Source: a virus (taxonomy: Duplodnaviria > Caudoviricetes). Taken from it: 64,000 bases of DNA. Within the stretch, counting starts at the first letter, position 1. Every line of letters starts with the position of its first letter. Location: positions 1 through 64,000 of IMG/VR virus record IMGVR_UViG_3300031992_000022. The stretch is one strand, 5' to 3'. Shown here piece after piece: positions 50,898 through 60,900 of the stretch. The notes below the pieces were generated by a model that was not told the DNA's origin, did not search any database, and worked only from the letters and a program-made list of their open reading frames with translations. The position numbers and the translations under genes were made by a program.

Positions 50898-51296
50898 ATG
50901 AATATAAATTACACATTATTACATTTATCGACATATACTAGTATTCAGGATTTAAATATAAAATTAAAAACTGTATTTAAATCATATTATAATACAATAT
51001 ATAATAATCATTTTTCTACTGGTGTAATTGATTTAAATTATACAAGAAATCCTATTATATTTAAAATATCAAATATTAATAATAAAAATTACTTTTCATT
51101 ATATACTTTATTTAATAAAAATAATTTTAATAATATTTATTATGGATCTTTAACTAATTGTATTTATAATTTTAATGATATGATGCTAAAAAATTTTTAT
51201 TCTTATCAAAAAATAAATATATTTAATAAACTTCTAATGAAATTAAAAGCATTCATTTTATTAAAATTATATAATAAAGGACTAATATCATTATAA
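50898..51296 (+). CDS. Hypothetical protein
   Basis: SD AAAGGA. Confidence 0.5.
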   Translation: MNINYTLLHLSTYTSIQDLNIKLKTVFKSYYNTIYNNHFSTGVIDLNYTRNPIIFKISNINNKNYFSLYTLFNKNNFNNIYYGSLTNCIYNFNDMMLKNFYSYQKINIFNKLLMKLKAFILLKLYNKGLISL

Positions 51297-51345
51297 TATA
51301 AAAAATTAGCAATCTTATAATAACAAGAAATGATTGTGATCTAAA

Positions 51346-52047
51346 ATGATACCTAATTTTTTACCAGAATTAGAAGAATATCAATATATATTATTTCATA
51401 CAAAGGAAGGTAAGCCTGGTCGTGATTATTTACAAGTTAGAAATATATCTCCTACTACTGCAAAAATATGGAATTTGGGATATTGTCCCATGGATTATGA
51501 TGCTAGGTGTTATAAATCTTTTTTAAAAGAAAATATTACATATTTTTGGCGTAGAATGAATAATCGATTAATTATACCTATATATAATTCTAACGGTAAA
51601 TTAATTTCTTTATCCGGTAGAGAAATTAATAATAAATGGCCTAAATATATTCATTATCCATTTCAGGCAAAACAAAATTTATTCGGATTAAATATTAATA
51701 AAGACGAAATAAGAAATGAAAATTATGCAGTAATTACAGAAGGCCAAATTGATGTAATTTCAGCTTGGCAAAAAAATATAAAAACAATTACTTGCTCATT
51801 CGGTGCACATTCATCAAAAGATCATTTAGCACTATTAGCACGTTATACGAATAATATTTATTATATATATGACAATGATATAGCTGGACAAAAAGGAATT
51901 AATTTTTTAAAAAAAATTAAACATGCAGATTTAAATATAAAATATTGTATTAATATCTTTAATGAAAAAGAAGATCTTGATAATTATTGTCAAAATCATA
52001 CAAAAGAAGATTTTAAAAAATTATTATCTAAAGGTATTAATATATAA
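51346..52047 (+). CDS. dnaG: DnaG-type primase catalytic core (no zinc-binding domain)
   Basis: YLQVRNI...LGYCP...NRLIIPI...SGR...PKY; TOPRIM ITEGQIDV...YDNDIAG...DLD. Confidence 0.8.
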   Translation: MIPNFLPELEEYQYILFHTKEGKPGRDYLQVRNISPTTAKIWNLGYCPMDYDARCYKSFLKENITYFWRRMNNRLIIPIYNSNGKLISLSGREINNKWPKYIHYPFQAKQNLFGLNINKDEIRNENYAVITEGQIDVISAWQKNIKTITCSFGAHSSKDHLALLARYTNNIYYIYDNDIAGQKGINFLKKIKHADLNIKYCINIFNEKEDLDNYCQNHTKEDFKKLLSKGINI

Positions 52048-52060
52048 AAGGAGATTATAT

Positions 52061-52237
52061 ATGAAAAAAAATAATAATAAAGAAGTACATATTAATGCTA
52101 CATCAAATAGTAAAAAAGGAAATATGTTTATTCAACTATCAGATGAAAGTAAAAGAGAATTGCAAAATGCTGGTATTAAAGTAAATAATGATGGTACTAT
52201 TAGACTAAATTCATCATTACAATTACAACCAAATTAA
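52061..52237 (+). CDS. Small hypothetical protein
   Basis: SD AGGAG before MKKNNNKEV. Confidence 0.45.
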   Translation: MKKNNNKEVHINATSNSKKGNMFIQLSDESKRELQNAGIKVNNDGTIRLNSSLQLQPN

Positions 52238-52255
52238 TAAATAGCATAACAAACT

Positions 52256-52287
52256 AAAAAAGAGTAGAAATAAAATCTACTCTTTTT
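52256..52287. terminator. Bidirectional terminator (similar to 53711-53736)
   Basis: AAAAAGAGTAGA-aataaaa-TCTACTCTTTTT. Confidence 0.7.
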
Positions 52288-52295
52288 ATTTTATA

Positions 52296-52412
52296 TTAAG
52301 AATAAATGTCACTAATTCCGCGCGCTATAGATTTTGCAAAATCATCATATTTTTCGCGAAGTAAATTAGCATCATAAGTATTAGTAATAAAAGCCATTTC
52401 TACTAATACTGC
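52296..52412 (-). pseudogene. Orphan duplicate of the amidase 3' end
   Basis: AVLVEMAFITNTYDANLLREKYDDFAKSIARGISDIYS*, versus amidase ACLVETAFITNAYDANLLRNNYDDFAKCIARGISDYFVK*. Confidence 0.85.
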
Positions 52413-52512
52413 ATACTTTGCATCTGCATTATTAAAATTAAAAAATATTTTCAATAATATTTACCTAATTTTTTTTATTTTTTTATAAAGAATAAAAGGA
52501 AATGAAATATAA

Positions 52513-53712
52513 ATGTCTATAATAACAAAAAATATAACTAATTATAAAATTCACGCATGGCAAACATGGAAACGCTGTAAAGAATTAAATTTAAATTTTA
52601 AATTTGATGAAATAATAGATATAAATATTCATACATTAAAATTAATTAGTCCTAATAATTCAAAAATAAAAATTGATTTTATATGTGATCAATGTCATAA
52701 GCAATTTAATAAATTATTACGTAATATATCCATGAATGAAATCAATAATGATTATATAATTTGTAAATATTGTAAGCGAGAACAAACTTTATTAGAACAC
52801 TATAATGTTATAAATCCTTCACAAAATCCTTTAATACAATTAAAGATACAAAATACAAAGGCTAATAAAACAGAAGAAGAAAAAATAAAAATTCAAAATA
52901 AAATTGTACAAACTAATTTACAACGTTATGGATGTATTAATCCATCGCATAATGATCAAATAAAAAATAAAATTAGTCAAGCACATTTAAATAAAACTAT
53001 TGATGAAAAACAACAAATTATTGACAAACGAAAGCAGACTAATTTAGAAAAATATGGTGTAGAAAGCGTATCGCAAATTCCTGCCATACAAGAAAAACGA
53101 AAACAAACCTTTTTAAAAAGATTTGGAGTAAATAATCCACAAAAAAGTAAAACTATTCAAGAAAAAACTAAAAAAACTAATTTATTAAGATATAATGCTG
53201 AATATACATTACAAAATCCAGAAATTAGAGCTAAAGGTAAGCTTAGTATGTATAAAAATAATAATATTCCGACTAGTAAACAGCAAAATTATTTTTATAA
53301 TATATTAAAAGACAATGAATTAAATAAAGAAAATATAAAATTAAATTATCCATTACATCATATTGCATTAGACATAGCATTATTAAATGAAAAAATTAAT
53401 ATTGAATATAATGGTGGCGGACATGACCTTGATGTTAAATTACGAGGTTCTACACATGAACAATTTTTACAAAAAGAAATTAGACGTAATAAATTTATAA
53501 GGCAACAAGGATGGAAACAAATTTTTATTATTTCTCCTAATGATAAAATTAATAATTATACAGATAATGAATATATAAGAATTATATATATAGCAAAACA
53601 ATATTTATTAAATACAAATCATCATTGGGTAAATATCTATATTGAAGAAAATAAATTTGAAACAAATATATATACTCAAAGTATTACAAATATATTAAAT
53701 ATAATAAAATAA
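52513..53712 (+). CDS. Free-standing putative homing endonuclease (Zn-finger, KxTNLxRYG repeats, Vsr/DUF559-like nuclease)
   Basis: CDQC...CKYC; repeated TNLEKYGV-type units; LDIA...INIEYNGGGH...GWK. Confidence 0.75.
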   Translation: MSIITKNITNYKIHAWQTWKRCKELNLNFKFDEIIDINIHTLKLISPNNSKIKIDFICDQCHKQFNKLLRNISMNEINNDYIICKYCKREQTLLEHYNVINPSQNPLIQLKIQNTKANKTEEEKIKIQNKIVQTNLQRYGCINPSHNDQIKNKISQAHLNKTIDEKQQIIDKRKQTNLEKYGVESVSQIPAIQEKRKQTFLKRFGVNNPQKSKTIQEKTKKTNLLRYNAEYTLQNPEIRAKGKLSMYKNNNIPTSKQQNYFYNILKDNELNKENIKLNYPLHHIALDIALLNEKINIEYNGGGHDLDVKLRGSTHEQFLQKEIRRNKFIRQQGWKQIFIISPNDKINNYTDNEYIRIIYIAKQYLLNTNHHWVNIYIEENKFETNIYTQSITNILNIIK

Positions 53713-53736
53713 AAGGTAGAGTAAAATCTACCTTTT
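53711..53736. terminator. Bidirectional terminator
   Basis: AAAAGGTAGA-gtaaaa-TCTACCTTTT. Confidence 0.7.
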
Positions 53737-53737
53737 A

Positions 53738-54343
53738 TTATTTAACAAAATAATCGCTAATACCTCGAGCTATGCATTTAGCAAAATCATCATAATTATT
53801 ACGTAATAAATTTGCATCATATGCATTAGTAATAAATGCAGTTTCTACTAAACATGCAGGTGCATGTGTATTTTTTATCACAGCAAAATTTGCCTCTCGA
53901 ACACCGCGTCTAGTAATATCAATATTATTAACAATTTGATTATAAATTGTTGTAGCTAATTTTTTACCTGCAGTTGCATTATAATAATGATATGTTTCAG
54001 TACCTTGAGCTTGAATACTTTCTGCTGCATTACAATGAATAGATACAAATACATCTGGATTAAGACTATTTTCCTTATAACAAATAGTACCTAATCCATC
54101 ATATTGGAATAGAATACAGTCATAACCTACAGCAGTTAAGTATTTAGCAACTAACTTGCCAATAATTAAGCAACGTTCGGCTTCTTGTAATCCGTTACTA
54201 CAGGCACCGGGATCATCCCACTGATCTGGAATTTGAATATTTTGTATATCATTACCTTCGGCATAAAGGCCATAAGGATATTTACTATCTGAATTATATT
54301 CATATGAGCAACCGTGGCCGGGATTAATAAAAATGCGTGGCAT
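53738..54343 (-). CDS. N-acetylmuramoyl-L-alanine amidase (Amidase_3), endolysin
   Basis: IFINPGHG, DPGA...E, FVSIHCNA, LVETAFITN. Confidence 0.92.
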   Translation of the reverse strand: MPRIFINPGHGCSYEYNSDSKYPYGLYAEGNDIQNIQIPDQWDDPGACSNGLQEAERCLIIGKLVAKYLTAVGYDCILFQYDGLGTICYKENSLNPDVFVSIHCNAAESIQAQGTETYHYYNATAGKKLATTIYNQIVNNIDITRRGVREANFAVIKNTHAPACLVETAFITNAYDANLLRNNYDDFAKCIARGISDYFVK

Positions 54344-54389
54344 AAATAAATCACCTCATATATATAGCTATATATAAAAAAAATAAACA

Positions 54390-54827
54390 TTAACCTTCCC
54401 AGTAATAAGTATTTATTTCATTGCCATTGGATCGTAAATCTACATGAATCCATCCATATCGTGAATCTTCATATCCATAAGATCCATCATATTCACGAGG
54501 ATAATAACCTATGCCATCAAATAATTGACAATTTCTTACATACCATAAAAATTCTCCAATAGTTAATCCGACAGGAACTGCAATATCTGCTGCGCACCAA
54601 TGACAATGTTGGCTATCTTCAGCTCCGCCTACATAAGACGAGTTATTCCATTCATAGCATCGACACCCTGAATTTATCGATAACGGCAATCCTCCTATAT
54701 TATACCTTAATTGTTCTAATCGTTTAATAAATTCTGGATTCATTTTTTCGCCTTGCCCGCCACAATTACAATATGATCCACCGTGACAATCAAATTCTGA
54801 AGAATCAAAATGCTCACTTAATTGCAT
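54390..54827 (-). CDS. Peptidase M15A (D-Ala-D-Ala metallopeptidase), lysin
   Basis: LSEHF..SEF.C, INSGCRC...N...VGGA..SQH....AADI...WIHVD. Confidence 0.9.
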   Translation of the reverse strand: MQLSEHFDSSEFDCHGGSYCNCGGQGEKMNPEFIKRLEQLRYNIGGLPLSINSGCRCYEWNNSSYVGGAEDSQHCHWCAADIAVPVGLTIGEFLWYVRNCQLFDGIGYYPREYDGSYGYEDSRYGWIHVDLRSNGNEINTYYWEG

Positions 54828-54907
54828 ATTTATAGCCTCCTTTTTTTATAAAAAAAATAAGAACTGATAAATTAATATCAGTTCTTTTAATAAAAAGAAT
54901 ATTTATT

Positions 54908-56146
54908 CTATTCATTATTTATATTATCATTTGTATTTATTTCATTAATATTATCTTTCATAAATTCCTCACGTTCTTCAGAAGAATTATCAATATATTG
55001 TAAATCTTCTCTTTTACGTGAATAAAATAATAATTCTGGATGTTCTTCTTCAAATTGTAATTTATCTAATTTAGTTAAATTAAGAGGATTTAATTTACTT
55101 TCATCATACGGCAAGCCTTTACGTTTTTGTCTATCATGATAATTCATTATTCTTAATTTCCAATATGGAATTGGTTTAAAATGTTCTAAATCTAAAAATA
55201 AATTTGACATTGTACAATAACGTATAATTGGCTTCCATTCTTGCGTTTTTCGTATTTTACCTGCAATAATTACATAATGATCAGAATCATGATAATAATA
55301 ACTATGATCTTTCATATATCTACGTACAAAAAGCGTTAAATCTCCCCAGTTATCTGACTGAAACAAAGTCTTTTCTGGTTCATCAATATCATATATTCTA
55401 AAATCATCCATATAATGGCCATCGTAATATGGCCTACCAGTCCATTTACCCGCTTGACTTTGCCATAAATCTCCTATATGTACTGCTTTACCAGATGGAA
55501 AAAAATATTTTTTATGCTGTCTTTTAAATTCTTTTCTGCCTCGATACCATTCGCGTTGGAATATTTGCTTATGAGTATCAACATTAAATTTTTCACTTTC
55601 CCATAAAGAAATTCTAGACTGACACACATTTTCAAACCATTCATATGAACGATCCATTTCATAACGTTCTCTTGTATAATTAGCATTTTCCGATGTAATT
55701 AAATATAATTTATTTGTTGGATCATCAATATGATTATTTCTAAAATTTTGAATTTTTTGTAATAATTCTTCAGAAGGATTAGCATCAACAATTATAATAG
55801 AATTACGATGATTAAATAATTTACCATTTATATCAATTAAAACAATTTCATTAAGTTCTTCATTAAATTGAGTATAATAATCTCCACGATATAATAAAAT
55901 TGCTCTAATAATATTAGCTGTATGAAAGTTTTTACAATAATCATTTATATCTACACGAATTTTATAAGTTGTACCATGCCAGACAAATGGTTCATACTGT
56001 CTAGCATTATGTAAAATTTTTCTTGGTCTAATTTTTTGTGTTATTGGATCAATTTCAGCTGTAACACCATAAGGTAATAATGAACCTTCAATTTTATTAA
56101 TTGACATTTGTGTACTAGACGTACTAATCTTCTTCATTAAATTCAT
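54908..56146 (-). CDS. Hypothetical protein
   Basis: 412-aa ORF; SD GAGG. Confidence 0.65.
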   Translation of the reverse strand: MNLMKKISTSSTQMSINKIEGSLLPYGVTAEIDPITQKIRPRKILHNARQYEPFVWHGTTYKIRVDINDYCKNFHTANIIRAILLYRGDYYTQFNEELNEIVLIDINGKLFNHRNSIIIVDANPSEELLQKIQNFRNNHIDDPTNKLYLITSENANYTRERYEMDRSYEWFENVCQSRISLWESEKFNVDTHKQIFQREWYRGRKEFKRQHKKYFFPSGKAVHIGDLWQSQAGKWTGRPYYDGHYMDDFRIYDIDEPEKTLFQSDNWGDLTLFVRRYMKDHSYYYHDSDHYVIIAGKIRKTQEWKPIIRYCTMSNLFLDLEHFKPIPYWKLRIMNYHDRQKRKGLPYDESKLNPLNLTKLDKLQFEEEHPELLFYSRKREDLQYIDNSSEEREEFMKDNINEINTNDNINNE

Positions 56147-57059
56147 CCTCTACTAAAAAATGTCTATTAACTAAATAAGTATCATCAAATACAAATATAG
56201 CAAAAAATAAATTAGCATTTTTAAACAAAATATTAATATGTCGCTTTATAAATTTATGTACTGAAGTAATATTATATATATAATTATCGATTAAACTAAA
56301 ATCACTCATTAATTCTTCATTATATATACTTTCATTAAATGTTTGCATTAATAAATTCTTAAAATGATTTTTATGATATATTACATCTTGTGCATAATAA
56401 AAAGGTAATAAAATTATAAAATGTGCATCATCAATCAATTCAGAATCATCAGGTTCTATAGCAATAATTGTTTGTAAATCATCTAATACAATTTCATTTA
56501 TATTCATTATATTCGTACTATTAGTATTTTGTAATCTAAATTGACAAATAAATAAATTATCTAACCATAAATAAAAATTGCATAAACAATAATTATAATG
56601 TACTCTATTTATTTCACAATTTATTGGAAAACCAATTATATAATCTACATTATCAATATTTAATAAAATAAACATATTATCTTGTAATTTTAAACGTTTC
56701 CTAACAAATTGATAATATTTTAATAACTCAAAAATTATAATATCGATTGTATTTAAAAACTTTTGAATTATTTCTAATGTAAAATTAGAATCAAATTGAC
56801 AATTAATATTCTCTTGACATAATTTTTTAAATTTTTTAATATTATTAAATTTATTAATTATAAATGATATATTTAAAGTAATTGTTTTTATCGTTTCTGA
56901 ATCTTTAACAATATTTAATTCAATTTTATTTTCAGTAATTAAAATATTAATTTGATTAACAAAACAATTATTAAAATCAGCAAAAGGATTGCAATATAAA
57001 ATTGATTGTAATATATATTTATCTATATAAATATCACTTATATTAAATACACATTTCAT
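56124..57059 (-). CDS. Hypothetical protein
   Basis: SD AGGAG. Confidence 0.6.
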   Translation of the reverse strand: MKCVFNISDIYIDKYILQSILYCNPFADFNNCFVNQINILITENKIELNIVKDSETIKTITLNISFIINKFNNIKKFKKLCQENINCQFDSNFTLEIIQKFLNTIDIIIFELLKYYQFVRKRLKLQDNMFILLNIDNVDYIIGFPINCEINRVHYNYCLCNFYLWLDNLFICQFRLQNTNSTNIMNINEIVLDDLQTIIAIEPDDSELIDDAHFIILLPFYYAQDVIYHKNHFKNLLMQTFNESIYNEELMSDFSLIDNYIYNITSVHKFIKRHINILFKNANLFFAIFVFDDTYLVNRHFLVEDEFNEED

Positions 57060-57569
57060 TTATATACTACTCCTATGAAAATATAAAAATTCTTTTATCA
57101 TTAAACTTTTATCTTCTTCTAAATTTACTCGTTCAAAATCATTTTTATATTGTTCTGTTTCTTTATATCCGCCATTTTCTTTATCTTCCTCATAATATTG
57201 TTTTGGCATTCTAGTAATACTTTTTAGTGAAGAATATGCATCATATATACTTTCATTACCAAAATGGGAACCGGTCCATGGATTATATAAATTACCATGT
57301 TTAGGAATATAAGCACGTAATCTATATTTTTCATCTATATATGCAATAAAATATACTTTATATTTACTAAAATTATCTTGTAAAGATATTAATGCAAAAA
57401 TATTATTATCTTTTTCTATTATTTCAGTATTTATTGCATTATCATTTTCAATATATTCATTAATATTAATATTCCAATTTAAATCTTTAGAAGAAATAAT
57501 AGAAAAAATTTTTTTATGTTTAATGATATTATAAAATTCATCATAATTTAGATTTTTTATATATCGCAT
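57060..57569 (-). CDS. Hypothetical protein
   Basis: SD AAGGAG; LRAYIPKHGN motif. Confidence 0.6.
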   Translation of the reverse strand: MRYIKNLNYDEFYNIIKHKKIFSIISSKDLNWNININEYIENDNAINTEIIEKDNNIFALISLQDNFSKYKVYFIAYIDEKYRLRAYIPKHGNLYNPWTGSHFGNESIYDAYSSLKSITRMPKQYYEEDKENGGYKETEQYKNDFERVNLEEDKSLMIKEFLYFHRSSI

Positions 57570-57695
57570 TATTTATCATAACTCCTTTATATTTTTTATA
57601 TAATAATTTAAAAATATAAAAAATAAAAAGATTAGGTTTATTTTATTGTTTAGATAAAAAGATACATATAATTTTTTTTATAGAGAGGATTTATA

Positions 57696-57962
57696 ATGAG
57701 AGATCGTTTTAAAAATATCTTAGCAAATGAAGAATATGTTGTTCGTGGAGACACTATTGGACGCGAAGGCCATACAGAAGTATCAGGTAATGTCGATTCT
57801 ACTATTATCGATCATCGTAACTTATTAACAGAAGATCAAGCATGCATTGAAACTACTTTAGATATGAAAAATCTAGATAGTTCTAATGATGCAACTTGTA
57901 GTTGCGAACAATGTAGTAAGCATGCTTCATCTAATAAAATTATTCAGCGTATTTTTGGATAA
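57696..57962 (+). CDS. Small hypothetical protein with CxCxxC motif
   Basis: SD GAGGA. Confidence 0.55.
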   Translation: MRDRFKNILANEEYVVRGDTIGREGHTEVSGNVDSTIIDHRNLLTEDQACIETTLDMKNLDSSNDATCSCEQCSKHASSNKIIQRIFG

Positions 57963-57965
57963 AAT

Positions 57966-57992
57966 AAAAAGACTATTATAATAGTCTTTTTT
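57966..57992. terminator. Bidirectional terminator
   Basis: AAAAAGACTATT-at-AATAGTCTTTTT. Confidence 0.7.
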
Positions 57993-60900
57993 TATTGCTC
58001 TTGCAAATATGCATCTACAGTTTCTTTAGACGGTCTATAAGCTGGATTACGAATAGATGCCGGATTTTTGATATATTTATCCATCCATTTTTTAGCATCA
58101 GATTTATCGATATCAAATAATAAATCTCCTAATTGTTCCGGATTTTCCCAATACAATTTCATTATTTTATCATAATCTTGATTATTCTCAGAACCAAAAT
58201 TATCTTGTTCGGGATTATCTAAATGCATAAATGAATGCTGATAATCGCCTTCGCGATTATTAAATGATAATTCATCATTCATATTTTCATCATTTTCTTC
58301 ATTAGCACGTCGTTGTTCGTATTTAGTTTTACTTTTACTATTATTAGTTAATTCAAAAATTGAATCAATAGGTTGCATATGTGCTCGCTGATTTTGTTCT
58401 TGCTCGTTTATATCTTGTTGAATTTTTGCAGCCGAATCATTATGTGCTTGAATATCTACTAATGTAGTATATAATGATACTAAATACCTTTCTCGATCGT
58501 TTAATTTATTACTATTTAAATCTCCAATTCCTTCTGCATCATCATATGTATTAATAGTAGTTATTAATTTCGAACTAGTTTTTTCTAACATTTCAATTCT
58601 TTTTTGAATTGGCTGTATTGTATTATTAAATAAATTTTTACGATCTTCTTCATAGCCTTTTATAAGTGCTGAATTATCTTTATTCAATTTTTCTAAATCA
58701 TTAATTGCTTTTTCAACTCGATTAATTTCTTCTTGATTATTAGTCTGTTCATAATTAGCTTTTTCTACATTTAATTTTGCTATTTTATTTAAATTTTCTT
58801 CTATTTTCTTTAGCGTTTCTTCTTTCTTCCTATCGTATGCCACTAATTGACCGTATAATCCTGCGCCTTGAATATTTTTTTCAGTTGATAGCATATTAAT
58901 GAATTTTTTCATATCAAATGATTGCATATACCGTCTTGTTACATCTGGATCATTTAAATGATACAGTAATTGTTGCTGAGCATCTGTAAGTTCTTCATTA
59001 TTTTCAGAACGTACTCGTAATTGTTCTTTCTTTAATAATTGTGCTAATGGATTATATTTAGCTCCATATAATTTAGTATATAATGCTTGTAATTCTATTA
59101 ATAAACTATTTTGTTCCGCTTGCATTTTTTGTTCTTTAGCTTCACTTGCAATATAACCTTCTTCATGTTTTTTACTTTTTAATAATTCTTTATATTCTTG
59201 ATATTGCTGTCTATATTCTTTAATTCTACGAGATAAATCCGTTGTTTGTAAAGCTTTTAATATATTAATAGTGCTTTCTTTTTGCCTTTGAATATCTGTA
59301 GACAACTGACGAGTTTTTGTTGGTGTTTTATAATTAATTGTAGCTAATTGATTATTTATATATTCATCAATATTATCATTACCACGAATTAATTTTATTA
59401 TAAGATTATCAAAAAGTTTTTTAATCATTGTATTATCGATTGTGCTAAATTTATCTTGTACTGTTCTTACTAATGTACTGTATAATTCAGTTTCGCACTC
59501 TTGCAATTTATGTTCAAGAGTGTGAATTTGTGAAATTAATCCAAATACTTGCTTACCATTTTCATCAATATATCCATTTAATATATCAAAATGTTCTTGC
59601 ATTTTTTCAGACATATCTTGCGAAGTTAGCATTTTATATTTTTCGCTATCTCGTATTTGTAATTCTTTTTTACATAATGAAATATGTTTTTTAATTATAG
59701 ATTCTAATTCAGCTTTAAATATATTAAAAGACTTACCATATGTTTTCTTTAAACGTTCATAATAATCAGTATTAGATTCTTCCTTACTTTTATTCATATC
59801 ATCATTTTGAACATTATATAATTGTAAAAACTGTACAAACATATAATATTCATTATCAGTATTAAAATTTTTACATAATTGTTTTATAACTTCATCAATA
59901 AATTTATCAACAGTTTGACTAAAATACGCTTTGTTTAATGTTTTAATATTATTTTTATTTGATTTAGTTGAAGTAAGAAATTGTTCTAATGTATTAATAT
60001 TAATGCTATCAGCGATATCATCTTGAATCGCTTGCGCAAGCATAACACTATAAAAATTATTACCTGGATTATTACAAATTTCGAATGATTTATATTGTAA
60101 TTCATTTCTAATATATTCTTGAATTTCAATTTTTACTTTATCAAATATTTTTTTAATTTCTTGCTGATCATCATTTTTTAATAAATTATAAATTTGATCA
60201 CCAGTTAATTTATCTTCAATAATTTTAAATTTTTGTTCTTTGCCCTTTACAACTCGTGTTATAACATCATCAATATTAGGATTTTTATCAAGTAATAGCT
60301 CAGCTTTAATTTCTGAACTAGTATATGGGCCCATACGTTCTTGAGTATCTTGATTCACAATAAATAACTTTGTATTATCGACTGTAGATAAATTATAACT
60401 TTTATAAATTTCATTAAAATCATTTTTTAATATCGATATAAAAATTGCCATAATATTATCTTTTGATTCTTTCATTAATACAGATGTTATTGCTTGTAAT
60501 AATTCTAAATTTTTATCAGAATCTTGAAAATCTTTTAAATCTTGTAATCTAACATTTTTATCAGGTGCTCCATCTGCCATATAATAATGTAATAATCGCA
60601 TTTTCGCAGATAAATCAGGCGCTTGATAATTATTATTTGCTAAATAATAAGATACAAACTTATTAATTGATTGTGTTAATAAAATGCCTAATAATGATTG
60701 TTTAGATGTTAATCGTTGAATAATTTTATCCGCAATTTTTTTATAATCAATTTTTGCTGCATTTACTGCATCTAATTTTTCAGTATTAGTACGCTGTAAA
60801 TTATGTAATTTCATACGGTTTCGATCTAATTCTTTCTGTGCTTTTTCATAATTCTGAATTATCAGATTCTCTTTTATAGTTCTACTACCGGAATTAACAG

